The notes below the pieces were generated by a model, which ran no database searches, was not told the DNA's origin, and saw nothing but the letters and a program-made list of their open reading frames with translations. From positions 1 through 64,000 of the forward strand of contig JBEKWR010000004.1 of NCBI GenBank assembly GCA_049512935.1: a stretch of DNA of 64,000 bases, written 5' to 3'. Both the position numbers and the translations under genes were made by a program. Below, piece after piece: positions 17,196 to 28,986 of this stretch (its first letter is position 1; each line of letters opens with the position of its first letter). The stretch is from Candidatus Bathyarchaeia archaeon. Lineage in GTDB: Archaea; Thermoproteota; Bathyarchaeia; Bathyarchaeales; Bathycorpusculaceae.

Positions 17196-18336
17196 CGTTG
17201 CTGTGCTCCTTGCCGTTGTTGTAAACTCCATTTAAGAAGTTGCTAATCAAGGATGCCTCTTGCTCGGTTTCCAACAAGAAGGCGTCGTGACCGTAGGTTG
17301 AGTTTACTTCGCAGTAGCTTGCATCTACACCAGCCAACTTGCAAGCCTTTGCTATTTCCTGCGACTGGTACGCTGGGTAGAGCCAATCCGACTTAAACGC
17401 AAGGACAAGCACTTTGGCCTGCAACCCCCGAAAGATGTCGCCGAGGCTGTGCCCGTTTAGGATGTTGAAGTAGTCTATGGCTTTGGTTATGTAGAGGTAG
17501 CTGTTTGCGTCGAACCGTTTAACGAAGTTGTCGCCTCGGTAACGCAGGTACCCTTCAACCTCAAAATCCACGCCGAATTTGAATGCAGCCTTCTCGGATT
17601 TGAATTTTCGACCGAACTTCTCCGCCATTGAAGCGTCACTCATGTAGGTTATGTGCCCAATCATCCTTGCGATAGCTAACCCTTTAGCGGGGACGCCGTG
17701 GCTGTAGTAATCGCCGTTTCGCCAGTCAGGGTCAGCCATAACCGCTTGCCTGCCGACCTCGTTGAAAGCTATCTGCTGAGGAGTATGCTTCATCGTCGTG
17801 GCAATCGGGATGGCGGCTCGAATTCTCTTCGGGTAAGACGTCATCCACTGCAGAACTTGCATGCCTCCCATGGAGCCCCCGGTTACCGCCAGAAGCTTCT
17901 TGATGCCTAAGTGGTCAACGAGGTGCCGTTGCGCATTAACCATGTCGCCAACGGTGACCAGCGGGAAGCTGATGCCGTAGGGTTTGCCCATTTTAGGGTT
18001 GATTGAAGATGGACCCGTGGAGCCCCTGCAACCGCCCAGAATATTGCTGCATATGACGAAGTACTTGTCAGTGTCGATGCCTTTGCCTTCGCCTATTAGG
18101 TTGCTCCACCAGCCATCTTCCCCCGCTGCATGAGCATCACCGCTAAGCGCGTGCAAAACCAGAATCGCGTTGGATTTTTCCGGGTTCAGTTCGCCGTACG
18201 TTTCGTAGGCAAGTGTTATTGGACCCAGCATCTCGCCTGATTCCAACGTCAACTCGTCAGGCGGCTGCGCGAAAGTGTAGTATTGCGTTCGGGTGGTTTC
18301 CACGGTTTTTGTTGTTATGAGCTTTTTTGCCTCCAT
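17179..18336 (-). CDS. metX: Homoserine O-acetyltransferase
   Basis: LHALSGDAH, GGSMGGMQ, RFDANSYL, GHDAFL. Confidence 0.95.
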   Translation of the reverse strand: MEAKKLITTKTVETTRTQYYTFAQPPDELTLESGEMLGPITLAYETYGELNPEKSNAILVLHALSGDAHAAGEDGWWSNLIGEGKGIDTDKYFVICSNILGGCRGSTGPSSINPKMGKPYGISFPLVTVGDMVNAQRHLVDHLGIKKLLAVTGGSMGGMQVLQWMTSYPKRIRAAIPIATTMKHTPQQIAFNEVGRQAVMADPDWRNGDYYSHGVPAKGLAIARMIGHITYMSDASMAEKFGRKFKSEKAAFKFGVDFEVEGYLRYRGDNFVKRFDANSYLYITKAIDYFNILNGHSLGDIFRGLQAKVLVLAFKSDWLYPAYQSQEIAKACKLAGVDASYCEVNSTYGHDAFLLETEQEASLISNFLNGVYNNGKEHSNDDAAR

Positions 18337-18354
18337 AAAACGAAAAATTTGCGT

Positions 18355-19740
<1,386 letters not shown>

Positions 19741-19763
19741 TCAGCCCAGCCCATATTTCAACC

Positions 19764-20318
19764 ATGCTTCCATCCCTAACAGACATAGCCAAAAAAAGAC
19801 GCCAACTAGGCTTAAAACAAGCCGAACTGGCAAAGATGGCAGGCGTCAGCCAGTCCCTAATCGCGAAACTGGAGGCTGGAAAAACCGACTCCTCCTACAC
19901 AAAAGTGAAAACAATCTTTGAAACCCTTGACAGGATGGAAGCTAAAGCCAAACTTCAAGCGGGCAAAATGTTCCAAACAGAAGTCATCAGCGTACAACGC
20001 AACGAACCCGTTGCAAAGGTCGTTGAGTTAATGAAAAGCTACGGGTACTCGCAGCTCCCTGTTCTTGACGGAAAACAGTCCGTTGGCAGCATATCCGAGA
20101 AGGCGATCTTGCGTCAAATCTTGGCGGGAAAAGACTTAGCGCAGATTTCTTGCACAGCCACGGGGGATATTATGGAGGAAGCGTTTCCCCAGGTAAGTGA
20201 GGATGCTCCTTTAACGGTGATTTCTGGTCTTTTGCAGGTTTATTCGGCTGTGCTCATTTCCAGGAAAGGCACGGTTCTGGGGATAATTACTAAGGCTGAC
20301 TTGTTGCGGATGATTTAG
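19764..20318 (+). CDS. XRE-HTH plus CBS-pair transcriptional regulator
   Basis: RRQLGLKQAELAKMAGVSQSLIAKLEAG followed by two CBS domains (YSQLPV, GIITKADLL). Confidence 0.9.
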   Translation: MLPSLTDIAKKRRQLGLKQAELAKMAGVSQSLIAKLEAGKTDSSYTKVKTIFETLDRMEAKAKLQAGKMFQTEVISVQRNEPVAKVVELMKSYGYSQLPVLDGKQSVGSISEKAILRQILAGKDLAQISCTATGDIMEEAFPQVSEDAPLTVISGLLQVYSAVLISRKGTVLGIITKADLLRMI

Positions 20319-20370
20319 CCGCTAAGGAAAACAATTTTATAACTATAAGCGTGTTATACTGTGAAGCAAC

Positions 20371-20685
20371 ATGAATCCCAGATGCGAAGCTGTTGGAAAA
20401 TACGCAGTTCCCCTTTTCAGGTCTCTTGTCGCGAAGGAACTCATAAACACCTACAACCTTACGCAGGTGGAAGCCGCGCGGAGGCTTGGAACAACGCAGG
20501 CGGCGATAAGTCAGTATATCCACTCTAAGAGGGCAAGCAAGGGCACGGAACAATTAGGGGATATCGTTCCAAAGATTCAGGCGATGGCAAGCGAGACTGC
20601 GGGGAGACTTGCGAAAAAAGAGATAACTCCTGACGAGGTTACAGTTGATTTTTGCAAGCTTTGCTCTTCTTTCTATTGCAAGTAG
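20371..20685 (+). CDS. Small archaeal HTH regulator (PRCE...FCKLC type)
   Basis: LTQVEAARRLGTTQAAISQYIHSKR, with Cys residues at both ends. Confidence 0.8.
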   Translation: MNPRCEAVGKYAVPLFRSLVAKELINTYNLTQVEAARRLGTTQAAISQYIHSKRASKGTEQLGDIVPKIQAMASETAGRLAKKEITPDEVTVDFCKLCSSFYCK

Positions 20686-20779
20686 AAGCGGCGTTTGGCT
20701 TTCGGCTTCTTGTCTGGGTATCGTAAAGGCTTTAAAGAACGACGTAAAATATAACGCTGTTATAAAATAGTGATGAAAT

Positions 20780-21730
20780 ATGAAAATAAACAACAACGTG
20801 TTAGAAACAATCGGCAAAACACCACTCGTACGCCTAAACCGATTAACCGAAGGCATAAACGCCACCGTGGTAGGCAAAATGGAATCAAGAAACCCCGGCG
20901 GCAGCGTCAAAGACCGCATAAGCCAAAGCATGATAGCTGAGGCGGAAAAACAAGGCATAATCAAGCAAGGCACAACCATCATCGAGCCGACAAGCGGCAA
21001 CACAGGCATAGGCTTAGCCATGGTAGCAGCCGTAAAAGGCTACAAGCTCATTCTGACCATGCCGGAAACCATGAGCATCGAACGTCGCAGCCTGCTAAAA
21101 GCATACGGCGCACAGCTCGTCCTCACGCCTGGTCCAGAAGGCATGGGCGGAGCGATCAAAAAAGCCGAAGAATTAGCTGCACAAACACCTAACAGTTTTA
21201 TTCCGCAGCAGTTCAAGAATTTAGCCAACCCGAAAGTCCACCGTGAAACAACAGGCCCAGAAATCTGGGAGGACACTGGCGGCAAATTAGACATGGTGGT
21301 CGCAGGTGTGGGCACGGGAGGAACGATAACGGGCATTGCAGAGTACATCAAACCCCTTAAGCCAGCCTTCAAAGCCGTAGCCGTTGAGCCAGCAGCCTCG
21401 CCGGTGCTTAGCGGCGGACAGAAAGGACCGCACAAAATACAAGGGATAGGTGCAGGCTTCAAACCTGACGTGCTCAAACTCGATTTGGTGGATGAAATCT
21501 TCAAGGTGACGGACGAGGACGCCATCAAAACTGCGAGGCAACTGGCGCTAAAAGAAGGTTTGCTTGTAGGCATTTCCTCGGGTGCAGCGGCGTTTGCGGC
21601 GCTTGAGATTGCGAAGCGAGCGGAAAACAAGGGCAAACTCATCGTTGTCATTCTGCCAGACACAGGCGAGCGCTATCTAAGCACTGTCCTATTCCAGGAG
21701 CCGACGGCAACCCCAACCTCAAGCATCTAA
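20780..21730 (+). CDS. cysK: Cysteine synthase A
   Basis: [38 protein letters not shown]. Confidence 0.96.
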   Translation: MKINNNVLETIGKTPLVRLNRLTEGINATVVGKMESRNPGGSVKDRISQSMIAEAEKQGIIKQGTTIIEPTSGNTGIGLAMVAAVKGYKLILTMPETMSIERRSLLKAYGAQLVLTPGPEGMGGAIKKAEELAAQTPNSFIPQQFKNLANPKVHRETTGPEIWEDTGGKLDMVVAGVGTGGTITGIAEYIKPLKPAFKAVAVEPAASPVLSGGQKGPHKIQGIGAGFKPDVLKLDLVDEIFKVTDEDAIKTARQLALKEGLLVGISSGAAAFAALEIAKRAENKGKLIVVILPDTGERYLSTVLFQEPTATPTSSI

Positions 21731-21796
21731 TTGGCGTTGACCAGACGCTTCTCTTATATTTCTCACTTTTTACTTTAATGAGGGAAGGCGAAAAAC

Positions 21797-22852
21797 ATGG
21801 CGACAAAAGCTAAGCAGCCGCACGCTAAAGGATGCGGACAACCCGCAGAGAACGTGGAGGTCGAAACGTGGAATCCAGATCGAATGCTCGATGTGCTCAT
21901 GCGTAATCATGACAAGGTCGAGCAGGACTGGGTTGAGAAAGGCCTGCCAAAGTTAGTCGATGAAATGGTAGCTAACTACCACAGGTTCGGCGGGATGGAT
22001 CACCTTACTGGGCGAGATCTTCCGTCGCAGAAAGTGGTTATTGAAGTTCTGGAAGATTTGTTCACGGTTCTTTTCCCCGGCTATTTGGGCAAGGCGGAAA
22101 TTACTAAAGCCAACATAAAATATCATCTGGGCAGCACATTAACCTCGGTTTACACGCGGCTTACGGAGGAGGTTGAAAAGAGCCTGAAGTACATTTGCAG
22201 GAAAGTGAGCGAGTGCCCGCAGGACGTATGCCAGAAGCGTGCGCATGTCGTTGTTAAGGAGCTTCTTGAAAAGCTGCCTGAAATAAGGTCTAAATTGAGC
22301 GGTGATATCCAAGCGGCTTACGCGGGAGACCCGGCGGCTGTAAGCACGGATGAAGTGATTTTGAGCTACCCGTGTGTGCTGGCGATTACAACTTACAGGA
22401 TAGCGCATGAACTTTACCTAGAAGGCATACCGTTGATTCCCAGAATAATGAGTGAGCATGTTCACTCCTTAACAGGTATCGACATTCATCCAGGCGCAAG
22501 AATAGGCGAGAACTTCTTCATCGACCATGGCACAGGAGTGGTCATCGGGGAAACCACAGAGATTGGCGACAACGTGAAACTTTACCAAGGCGTAACGCTT
22601 GGCGCGCTGAGCTTTCCTAAAGACGAGAAAGGGAACATTATCAAGGGAAGAAAGAGGCATCCGACGATCGGGAACAACGTGGTCGTCTACTCAGGAGCCA
22701 CGATTCTAGGACCAGACGCGATAATTGGCGACAACGTGGTGATCGGAGGGAATGTCTGGGTAACCTCGCCTGTGGCGTCGGGCACAGCGATAACTATTGC
22801 TTCGCCTGAGCAGAACTACAAAAAAGAGAATCATGACGCAAAGACGGGGTAA
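21797..22852 (+). CDS. cysE: Serine O-acetyltransferase (EpsC/CysE type)
   Basis: GDPAA, TGIDIHPGARIG, FIDHGTGVVIGET, KRHPTIG. Confidence 0.92.
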   Translation: MATKAKQPHAKGCGQPAENVEVETWNPDRMLDVLMRNHDKVEQDWVEKGLPKLVDEMVANYHRFGGMDHLTGRDLPSQKVVIEVLEDLFTVLFPGYLGKAEITKANIKYHLGSTLTSVYTRLTEEVEKSLKYICRKVSECPQDVCQKRAHVVVKELLEKLPEIRSKLSGDIQAAYAGDPAAVSTDEVILSYPCVLAITTYRIAHELYLEGIPLIPRIMSEHVHSLTGIDIHPGARIGENFFIDHGTGVVIGETTEIGDNVKLYQGVTLGALSFPKDEKGNIIKGRKRHPTIGNNVVVYSGATILGPDAIIGDNVVIGGNVWVTSPVASGTAITIASPEQNYKKENHDAKTG

Positions 22853-22853
22853 A

Positions 22854-23297
22854 TTAGAGCAGGCGGAAGTTTTCCTTAACTGTGGTCAAGACCACATGCG
22901 TGTTTGTTCGTTCAATGTAGGGGAGCGATAGCAGTTTTTTCGTGAAGTGCCCCAAGTCTTCTCTGCTTTTGAACTTGGCAACGATAATGGCATCCGTCAA
23001 GCCCGTCACGTCGTAGACGCTGCACACGTTTGAGATTTTAGCGATCTCATTCTCGGTTTCCACAAGCTTGCCTTTGGAAACGGTTATTTCAGTCACCACG
23101 GTCAACTGGTAACCGAGCTTCTCATGATCTATCAAAACGGAGTAGCCTTTGATGAGGCCTTCGTCTTCCATCTTTTTGATTCTTGACAGAACTGTCCCGA
23201 CGGAAACGCCGACATTCTTGGCTATTTGCCTGCTTGAAAACCTTGCATCTTCCAGAAGGCTTTTCAGAATTTTCTGGTCAGTTTCATTCAAATCCAT
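22854..23297 (-). CDS. Lrp/AsnC-family transcriptional regulator
   Basis: D.KIL..L..DAR.S.RQIA..VGVS.GTV..RIKKME..G.IKGY and VTG..D. Confidence 0.93.
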   Translation of the reverse strand: MDLNETDQKILKSLLEDARFSSRQIAKNVGVSVGTVLSRIKKMEDEGLIKGYSVLIDHEKLGYQLTVVTEITVSKGKLVETENEIAKISNVCSVYDVTGLTDAIIVAKFKSREDLGHFTKKLLSLPYIERTNTHVVLTTVKENFRLL

Positions 23298-23521
23298 AAC
23301 GACACCACTCTGCACGTTTTTTCAATTAAACCCTTTTTTTTGAAACGTTATTTTGATTATCATACGATTATGTTAATAAAAGTTTAGTTTTCAGCGTCAT
23401 ACAATGAATGAAATACCCGACGAGAAAACGTTTTTTAAGCGTTAATACGCTGGGCACTTGGCGGGAACCAGATAGCAATGTTAAATTACTAGCTTAAACC
23501 TCAATAGGTTGAGCCGCTAAA

Positions 23522-25072
23522 ATGCAAGCAAAATACGACACCATTCTCGTGCTGGATTTCGGAGGGCAATACTGCCATCTGATAGGCAGAAGAATACGAG
23601 AAAATGGCGTCTATTCAGAAATAGTAGCCTACGACATATCGCCGGAGCAGGTAAAGGAGCTGGGCGAAAAGTTCAACGTCAAAGGCTTAATTCTTTCAGG
23701 CGGGCCCTCCAGCGTGTATGAGCCTAACGCGCCTAAAGTTGACCCGCGCATTTTAGAGTTGAACCTGCCGATTCTGGGCTTATGCTACGGACACCAGCTT
23801 CTAGCTCAGTTAACCAACGGCAAAGTTGAGCCTGCGGCATGCAAAGAGTACGGCACAACGCAGGTAGAAATCGACAAGCCTGTAGGCGTCTTGGAAGGGT
23901 TAAGCGGGAAAGAAAAGGTTTGGATGAGCCACGGAGACACGGTTTTTTCGGTGCCGCCGGAGTTTGAGGAGCTGGCGCACACCGAAAGTTGTCCAGTTGC
24001 AGCCTTCAGGCATAAGAGTAAGCCTATTTACGGTTTACAATGGCACCCCGAGGTCATCCACACGGAAAACGGCGCCCGCATGCTTCGCAACTTTATCTTT
24101 CAGGTTTGCAAGTGCCAACCCAACTGGCAGATGGAAGACCTAATTGGGAAAATGGTTGCCGAAATCAAATCGGAAATCGGCGACAACAGAGCCATAATCG
24201 GGTTAAGCGGAGGGATAGATTCAAGCGTTGCCACTGCACTTGCGGCGCAGGCACTCGGCGACAAATTGACAGCGGTTTTTGTTGACCACGGGTTCATGCG
24301 TGAAGGGGAACCTGAAGCTATCTGCGAGACGTTTCAGAAGTTGCCGATCAATTTTGTCATGGCCAACGCGCAAGACCGCTTCATGAAAAAACTCAAAGGC
24401 GTAGTCGACCCCGAGATGAAACGCAGGGCAATCGGGGAAGAATTCATTAGGGTTTTTGAGGAAGAAGCGGAAAAATCAGGCGCACAATACCTGCTTCAAG
24501 GAACAATTTACCCTGACAGAATTGAGTCAGGCTACCGAAAGAACTCAGATTTAATAAAAACCCATCACAACGTGGCAGGAATCCCGAAAAACATCAAATT
24601 CAAAAAAATTGTTGAACCGCTCCGCGACCTCTACAAGGACGAAGTTCGTAAAGTAGCCAAAATGCTCGGGTTACCCAAAGAACTGGTCAACCGTCAACCG
24701 TTCCCGGGACCAGGCTTAGCAGTTCGCATCATTGGCGAGTTGACACCTGAAAAAGTTGGCATAACCAAGAAAGCCGACGCCATCGTCCGCCAGGAAATCG
24801 AGAAAAACAATTTAGCTGAAAACCTGTGGCAGTACTTTGCCGTGTTAACAGACACGAAAGCAACGGGCGTGAAGGGCGATTCAAGAGCTTACGGGTACGT
24901 GGTTGCGGTTCGAGCGATGGAAAGCCAAGAGGCAATGACCGCCAACTTCGCCCAGATTCCTTATCCTGTTCTTGAGAAGATTGCAACCCGAATTTCAAAT
25001 GAGATTCCGCAGGTTACTCGCGTCGTCTACGACATTACTCATAAGCCGCCCGCAACTATCGAGTGGGAATAA
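23522..25072 (+). CDS. guaA: GMP synthase (glutamine-hydrolysing), fused form
   Basis: LDFGGQY, GLCYGHQ, QWHPEV, LSGGIDSSV, PFPGPGLAVR, KPPATIEWE. Confidence 0.97.
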   Translation: MQAKYDTILVLDFGGQYCHLIGRRIRENGVYSEIVAYDISPEQVKELGEKFNVKGLILSGGPSSVYEPNAPKVDPRILELNLPILGLCYGHQLLAQLTNGKVEPAACKEYGTTQVEIDKPVGVLEGLSGKEKVWMSHGDTVFSVPPEFEELAHTESCPVAAFRHKSKPIYGLQWHPEVIHTENGARMLRNFIFQVCKCQPNWQMEDLIGKMVAEIKSEIGDNRAIIGLSGGIDSSVATALAAQALGDKLTAVFVDHGFMREGEPEAICETFQKLPINFVMANAQDRFMKKLKGVVDPEMKRRAIGEEFIRVFEEEAEKSGAQYLLQGTIYPDRIESGYRKNSDLIKTHHNVAGIPKNIKFKKIVEPLRDLYKDEVRKVAKMLGLPKELVNRQPFPGPGLAVRIIGELTPEKVGITKKADAIVRQEIEKNNLAENLWQYFAVLTDTKATGVKGDSRAYGYVVAVRAMESQEAMTANFAQIPYPVLEKIATRISNEIPQVTRVVYDITHKPPATIEWE

Positions 25073-25139
25073 AAGAAGTCGCTATAATGGTTTATATTAA
25101 AAACAGTCAATACAGTACTAACACTAAAGGTGACTCGCT

Positions 25140-26228
25140 ATGAAAGCGTTGATCTTAGCAGGCGGCTTCGCGACAAGACTGCGCCCGTTAAGCTGCTCTA
25201 GGCCGAAGACTCTTTTCCCAATTGTGAACAAGCCGCTGCTGGAGTGGATTTTTGAGAAGCTTGCAAACGACGGCTGCGAAGAAGCAGTTTTGGGAGTTAA
25301 CGCTTTAACCCAGTTTTACATAAAGCAGCAACGTCCGCGTAGGCATGGCTTAAAGGTTCGGTTTTCTGTTGATCCGCCGAGGATGCCTCTGGGAACCGCT
25401 GGACCCGTGAAGAAGGCGGAGAGGCTTTTGGGTCATGATGAACCTTTTATTGTCTTGAACGGGGACATCTTTGCGGATTTAAGTTACAGGGAACTGTTCG
25501 ACGCGCACGTGAAAACGGGGGCTTCTGCAACAATTGCCCTGTGCAAGGTGGAAGATCCCTCCAGGTACGGGGTCGCCGAATTGGCAGCTGGTAACCGCAT
25601 ACAGAGGTTTATTGAAAAACCGCCGAAAGGTGAAGCGCCAAGCAGCCTCATAAACGCAGGAGTCTACGTTCTAAGCCCCGAAGTTTTCGATTATATTCCT
25701 GCGGGAAGAGGCGTTTCCATGGAGCGAGAGGTTTTCCCCAAGCTGGCAGAAGAGGGAAAGCTTTTCGGTCACTTTGTCAGCGGGACGTGGATTGACATTG
25801 GCAAACCCGAGGAGTATCTGCAAACAAACAAGATTATCCTTGATTCCTTGGTTAAAACTCTCAAGCCTGAAAAAGCTAAAAACTTCGAGTTGAAGAATCC
25901 TGTTGCCTTTGACAAGGGGGTTTGTGTAGGTGAAAAGTCCGTCGTCGGCCCCTACGCTATCTTGGGCGAAAATGTCACCGTGGGCGAAAACGCGCGGATA
26001 AGCAACTCGGTGGTTTTTCCACACGCAACAATCGGCGATTTCACCGTCGTTGATGGGGCGTTAATCGGCGAAGGAGCGCGCGTCGGAAGACACGTCACAC
26101 TCTCAAGCGGCTGCATAATCGGTGATCATGCGAAAATCAAGGATAACCTGCACCTTTCAGATGCGTCTCAGGTTTGCCCTGCGAAAGAGGTCGCTGAAAA
26201 CATTATAAAACCGAAAGTTAACTGTTAA
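25140..26228 (+). CDS. NDP-sugar pyrophosphorylase (mannose-1-phosphate guanylyltransferase-like)
   Basis: ILAGGFATRLRPL, NGDI, EKP, C-terminal hexapeptide repeats. Confidence 0.9.
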   Translation: MKALILAGGFATRLRPLSCSRPKTLFPIVNKPLLEWIFEKLANDGCEEAVLGVNALTQFYIKQQRPRRHGLKVRFSVDPPRMPLGTAGPVKKAERLLGHDEPFIVLNGDIFADLSYRELFDAHVKTGASATIALCKVEDPSRYGVAELAAGNRIQRFIEKPPKGEAPSSLINAGVYVLSPEVFDYIPAGRGVSMEREVFPKLAEEGKLFGHFVSGTWIDIGKPEEYLQTNKIILDSLVKTLKPEKAKNFELKNPVAFDKGVCVGEKSVVGPYAILGENVTVGENARISNSVVFPHATIGDFTVVDGALIGEGARVGRHVTLSSGCIIGDHAKIKDNLHLSDASQVCPAKEVAENIIKPKVNC

Positions 26229-26248
26229 GAGTTTATGAAGTGAAGTTT

Positions 26249-27616
26249 ATGGGTGAAAGAAAGCTTTTCGGAACAAACGGCATCCGAGGATTAGTCAACG
26301 TTGAATTGACGCCTGAAATGGCAGCAAAGGTTGGCTGTGCAATTGGAACTTTTTTCGGAAGAAAAAACTTGCTGTTGGGGCATGATGCTAGAACCAGCGG
26401 CGGTATGTTTTCTAAGGCGGTGATTTCAGGTTTAACCGCGACTGGATGCAAAGTTTACTTCGCTGGGATGTCACCTACTCCTGCTCTGCAGTTCGCCGTT
26501 AAAAATCACAGGATGGACGGCGGCGTGATCATTACCGCTTCGCATAACCCGCCTGAATACAACGGCATCAAGGTTATTTGGAGCGACGGGATTGAAACTT
26601 CACACGAGCAAGAAGTCGAAATAGAGAACATCTACTTTGATAACAAAATCGTGTTCGCAGAATGGGATAAACTGGGCACGGTGCAGGATCAGCCTGGAGT
26701 CAACGACGAGTACGTGCAGGCAATAAAAAGTCATGTTAACCTAAAGAAAATAGCGCAGAAGCATTTCCATGTCGTTATTGACCCCGCCAACAGTGTGGGA
26801 GGCCTGACGGGTCCGCAGCTGCTGCGGGAACTGGGCTGCAAAGTAACAAGCATCAACGCCAACATCGACGGCACTTTTCCAGGAAGAATGCCTGAACCAA
26901 GACCTGAAAGCCTCACTGACCTGTCCGCAACTGTGAAAGCCCTCGGCGCAGACATGGGCGTGGCTTTTGACGGTGACGCTGACCGCTCGATTTTTGCTGA
27001 CGAGAAAGGCGTCATCTACTGGGGGGACAAGACTTTTGCTGTAGTTATAAAACAGTTTCTTTCCAAGAACCCGGGCGCCAAAATTGTTACTCCTGTGAGC
27101 AGTTCTACACTCATCAAGGACACGGTTGAAGCCTACAAGGGCGAGCTGGTCTGGACTAAAGTTGGAAGCGTAACGGTTTCCCAGAAAATGAAGGAGTTAA
27201 ACGCTAAACTCGGCGGAGAAGAAAACGGTGGAGTCTTCTACGGTCCACACCAAGCCGTAAGGGACGGGGCAATGACGACGGCTCTGCTGCTTGACATTAT
27301 GGCTCAGACTGGAAAGAAACTTTCCGAGCTCGTCGCCGAGCAACCGCAGTACTTTATCGAAAAAGGAAAAATCGAGTGCCCAGACGAGAAGAAGGATGCT
27401 CTTCTCAAAAAGCTGCATGAGCAGGTGAAGGGCAAAAACATAAGCACGATCGATGGAGTGAAAATATGGTTCAGCGACAACAGCGCAATTCTCATCAGAC
27501 CCAGCGGCACAGAACCCGTTTTTAGGCTGTACGCTGAGGCGAAAAACCAAGAAAAAGCATTAAAGCTAGTTAAAGACTACAGTTCAAGGCTTGAAAAAAC
27601 CCTGAAAACCATTTAG
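26249..27616 (+). CDS. Phosphoglucosamine mutase / phosphomannomutase
   Basis: FGTNGIRG, TASHNP, DGDADR, GEENG, RPSGTEP. Confidence 0.93.
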   Translation: MGERKLFGTNGIRGLVNVELTPEMAAKVGCAIGTFFGRKNLLLGHDARTSGGMFSKAVISGLTATGCKVYFAGMSPTPALQFAVKNHRMDGGVIITASHNPPEYNGIKVIWSDGIETSHEQEVEIENIYFDNKIVFAEWDKLGTVQDQPGVNDEYVQAIKSHVNLKKIAQKHFHVVIDPANSVGGLTGPQLLRELGCKVTSINANIDGTFPGRMPEPRPESLTDLSATVKALGADMGVAFDGDADRSIFADEKGVIYWGDKTFAVVIKQFLSKNPGAKIVTPVSSSTLIKDTVEAYKGELVWTKVGSVTVSQKMKELNAKLGGEENGGVFYGPHQAVRDGAMTTALLLDIMAQTGKKLSELVAEQPQYFIEKGKIECPDEKKDALLKKLHEQVKGKNISTIDGVKIWFSDNSAILIRPSGTEPVFRLYAEAKNQEKALKLVKDYSSRLEKTLKTI

Positions 27617-27649
27617 CAAGCATAACTGCTCTGGGAGAAGACCTGCGAA

Positions 27650-28984
27650 ATGCCTGATGTTTTGAGCGTAAAACCAGACGAGATTGACACGAATGAAAAG
27701 CGGTCAAAATATCTTGTCGGCGTTGTGGGATGCGGGCGAAAAGGGTTCCTTTACGCTTACTCCTTTGCTTCCGCTGGTTTTAAGGTTGAATGCTCAGATG
27801 CCGATCCAACCGTGGTGAAAAAACTGGCGAAAGGTAAAACGCCGTTCAGGGAGCAGGAAATTGAGGGAAAAGTGAAGAGCCTAATCAACTCGGGGCAACT
27901 TGGCGTTACGGGTGAGCTGAAAGAGGCTGTTTCTCGAAGCGACGTTGTAGTAATCACGGTTCCCGTAGACGTTGATGATAAGAAAAAAATTGACCCGTCA
28001 GAAGCGTTAAACACGCTAAAGCAGATCGGGGCGGCATTGCATTCTGGCGTCCTTGTTATTTACAGTGAAGTTGCGGGTTTGGGTTTTGTTGAAGGTGTGA
28101 TGAGGGAAACGTTGGAGAACACTTCAGGTTTAAAGGCGGGTTTGGATTTCGGTTTAGCTTACGTTCCAATTCATAATTCCCAGGTCAAGCTTTTTGAGCC
28201 GATGACGGACTTGGAGTTGACGGTTTCTGTTGTGGGAGAAACGGGTAAAGAAGCTGCTCTGACCGTTTTAAAAGCAATTGCCAAGAACGTTAAGCAAATA
28301 AACGACGTGAAGACGTCGGAAATGGCGGCGCTTTTTAAGGCGGCAAAGCAGGATGCAAGTGCGGCTTTAGCAAATGAAATGGCCGTTTTCTGCGAAAGCG
28401 CAAACATCGATTACTTTGAAGTCCTGAAGTTGCTGGAGTCAAATGACCCAAATTTTTGGCCTACGACGGTTGATGAAGAAAACAAGAGTGAAGCGTACCT
28501 GCTTCTTGAAGGCGCCGAGAACCTTAATGTTAAGCTTAGGCTGCCGACCTTAGCAAGGCAGATAAACGAGGAGATGGTCAAGCACGCGGTCAACTTGACG
28601 CAGGACGCGCTGCGAAGCTGCAACAAAACTCTGAGGAGAGCAAGGATTGCGGTTTTAGGCGCATTCACGCCGGGCACAACCCCCATGGTTTTCGTTAAAC
28701 TCCTGCAGTTAAAAGGCGCTAAGATCAGCGTATACGATCCCACCTCAAAAGGCGCCATGTCAGATTTAGGCGTGGTTAAGACAAGCTTAAATGAGGCTGT
28801 TGAAGGCGTTGACTGCGTAGTGTTACTCACGGGGGAAGAACAGTTTAAACACTTAAACCTAAGGAAGCTTAAAGCTTTAACGAAGACCGCTTCAGTAATC
28901 GTCGATTTGGCAGGCGCCTTGGATCGTAAGGACGTTGAAGCAGAAGGCTTCATATACCGTGGACTAGGAAGAGGAACCAGATAG
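27650..28984 (+). CDS. UDP-glucose/GDP-mannose dehydrogenase-family homolog with degenerate catalytic residues
   Basis: The family architecture is present (VGCG..G, LENTSGLKAGLDFGLAY.P, ALANEMA..C, ARQINE.M, YDP), but the GGxC motif is missing. Confidence 0.75.
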   Translation: MPDVLSVKPDEIDTNEKRSKYLVGVVGCGRKGFLYAYSFASAGFKVECSDADPTVVKKLAKGKTPFREQEIEGKVKSLINSGQLGVTGELKEAVSRSDVVVITVPVDVDDKKKIDPSEALNTLKQIGAALHSGVLVIYSEVAGLGFVEGVMRETLENTSGLKAGLDFGLAYVPIHNSQVKLFEPMTDLELTVSVVGETGKEAALTVLKAIAKNVKQINDVKTSEMAALFKAAKQDASAALANEMAVFCESANIDYFEVLKLLESNDPNFWPTTVDEENKSEAYLLLEGAENLNVKLRLPTLARQINEEMVKHAVNLTQDALRSCNKTLRRARIAVLGAFTPGTTPMVFVKLLQLKGAKISVYDPTSKGAMSDLGVVKTSLNEAVEGVDCVVLLTGEEQFKHLNLRKLKALTKTASVIVDLAGALDRKDVEAEGFIYRGLGRGTR

Positions 28985-28986
28985 AA

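Noticed and set aside
21040-21663. Long antisense ORFs over cysK, mcm, pcna, the Fe-S gene and others
   Set aside because: Shadow frames of well-supported genes on the opposite strand.
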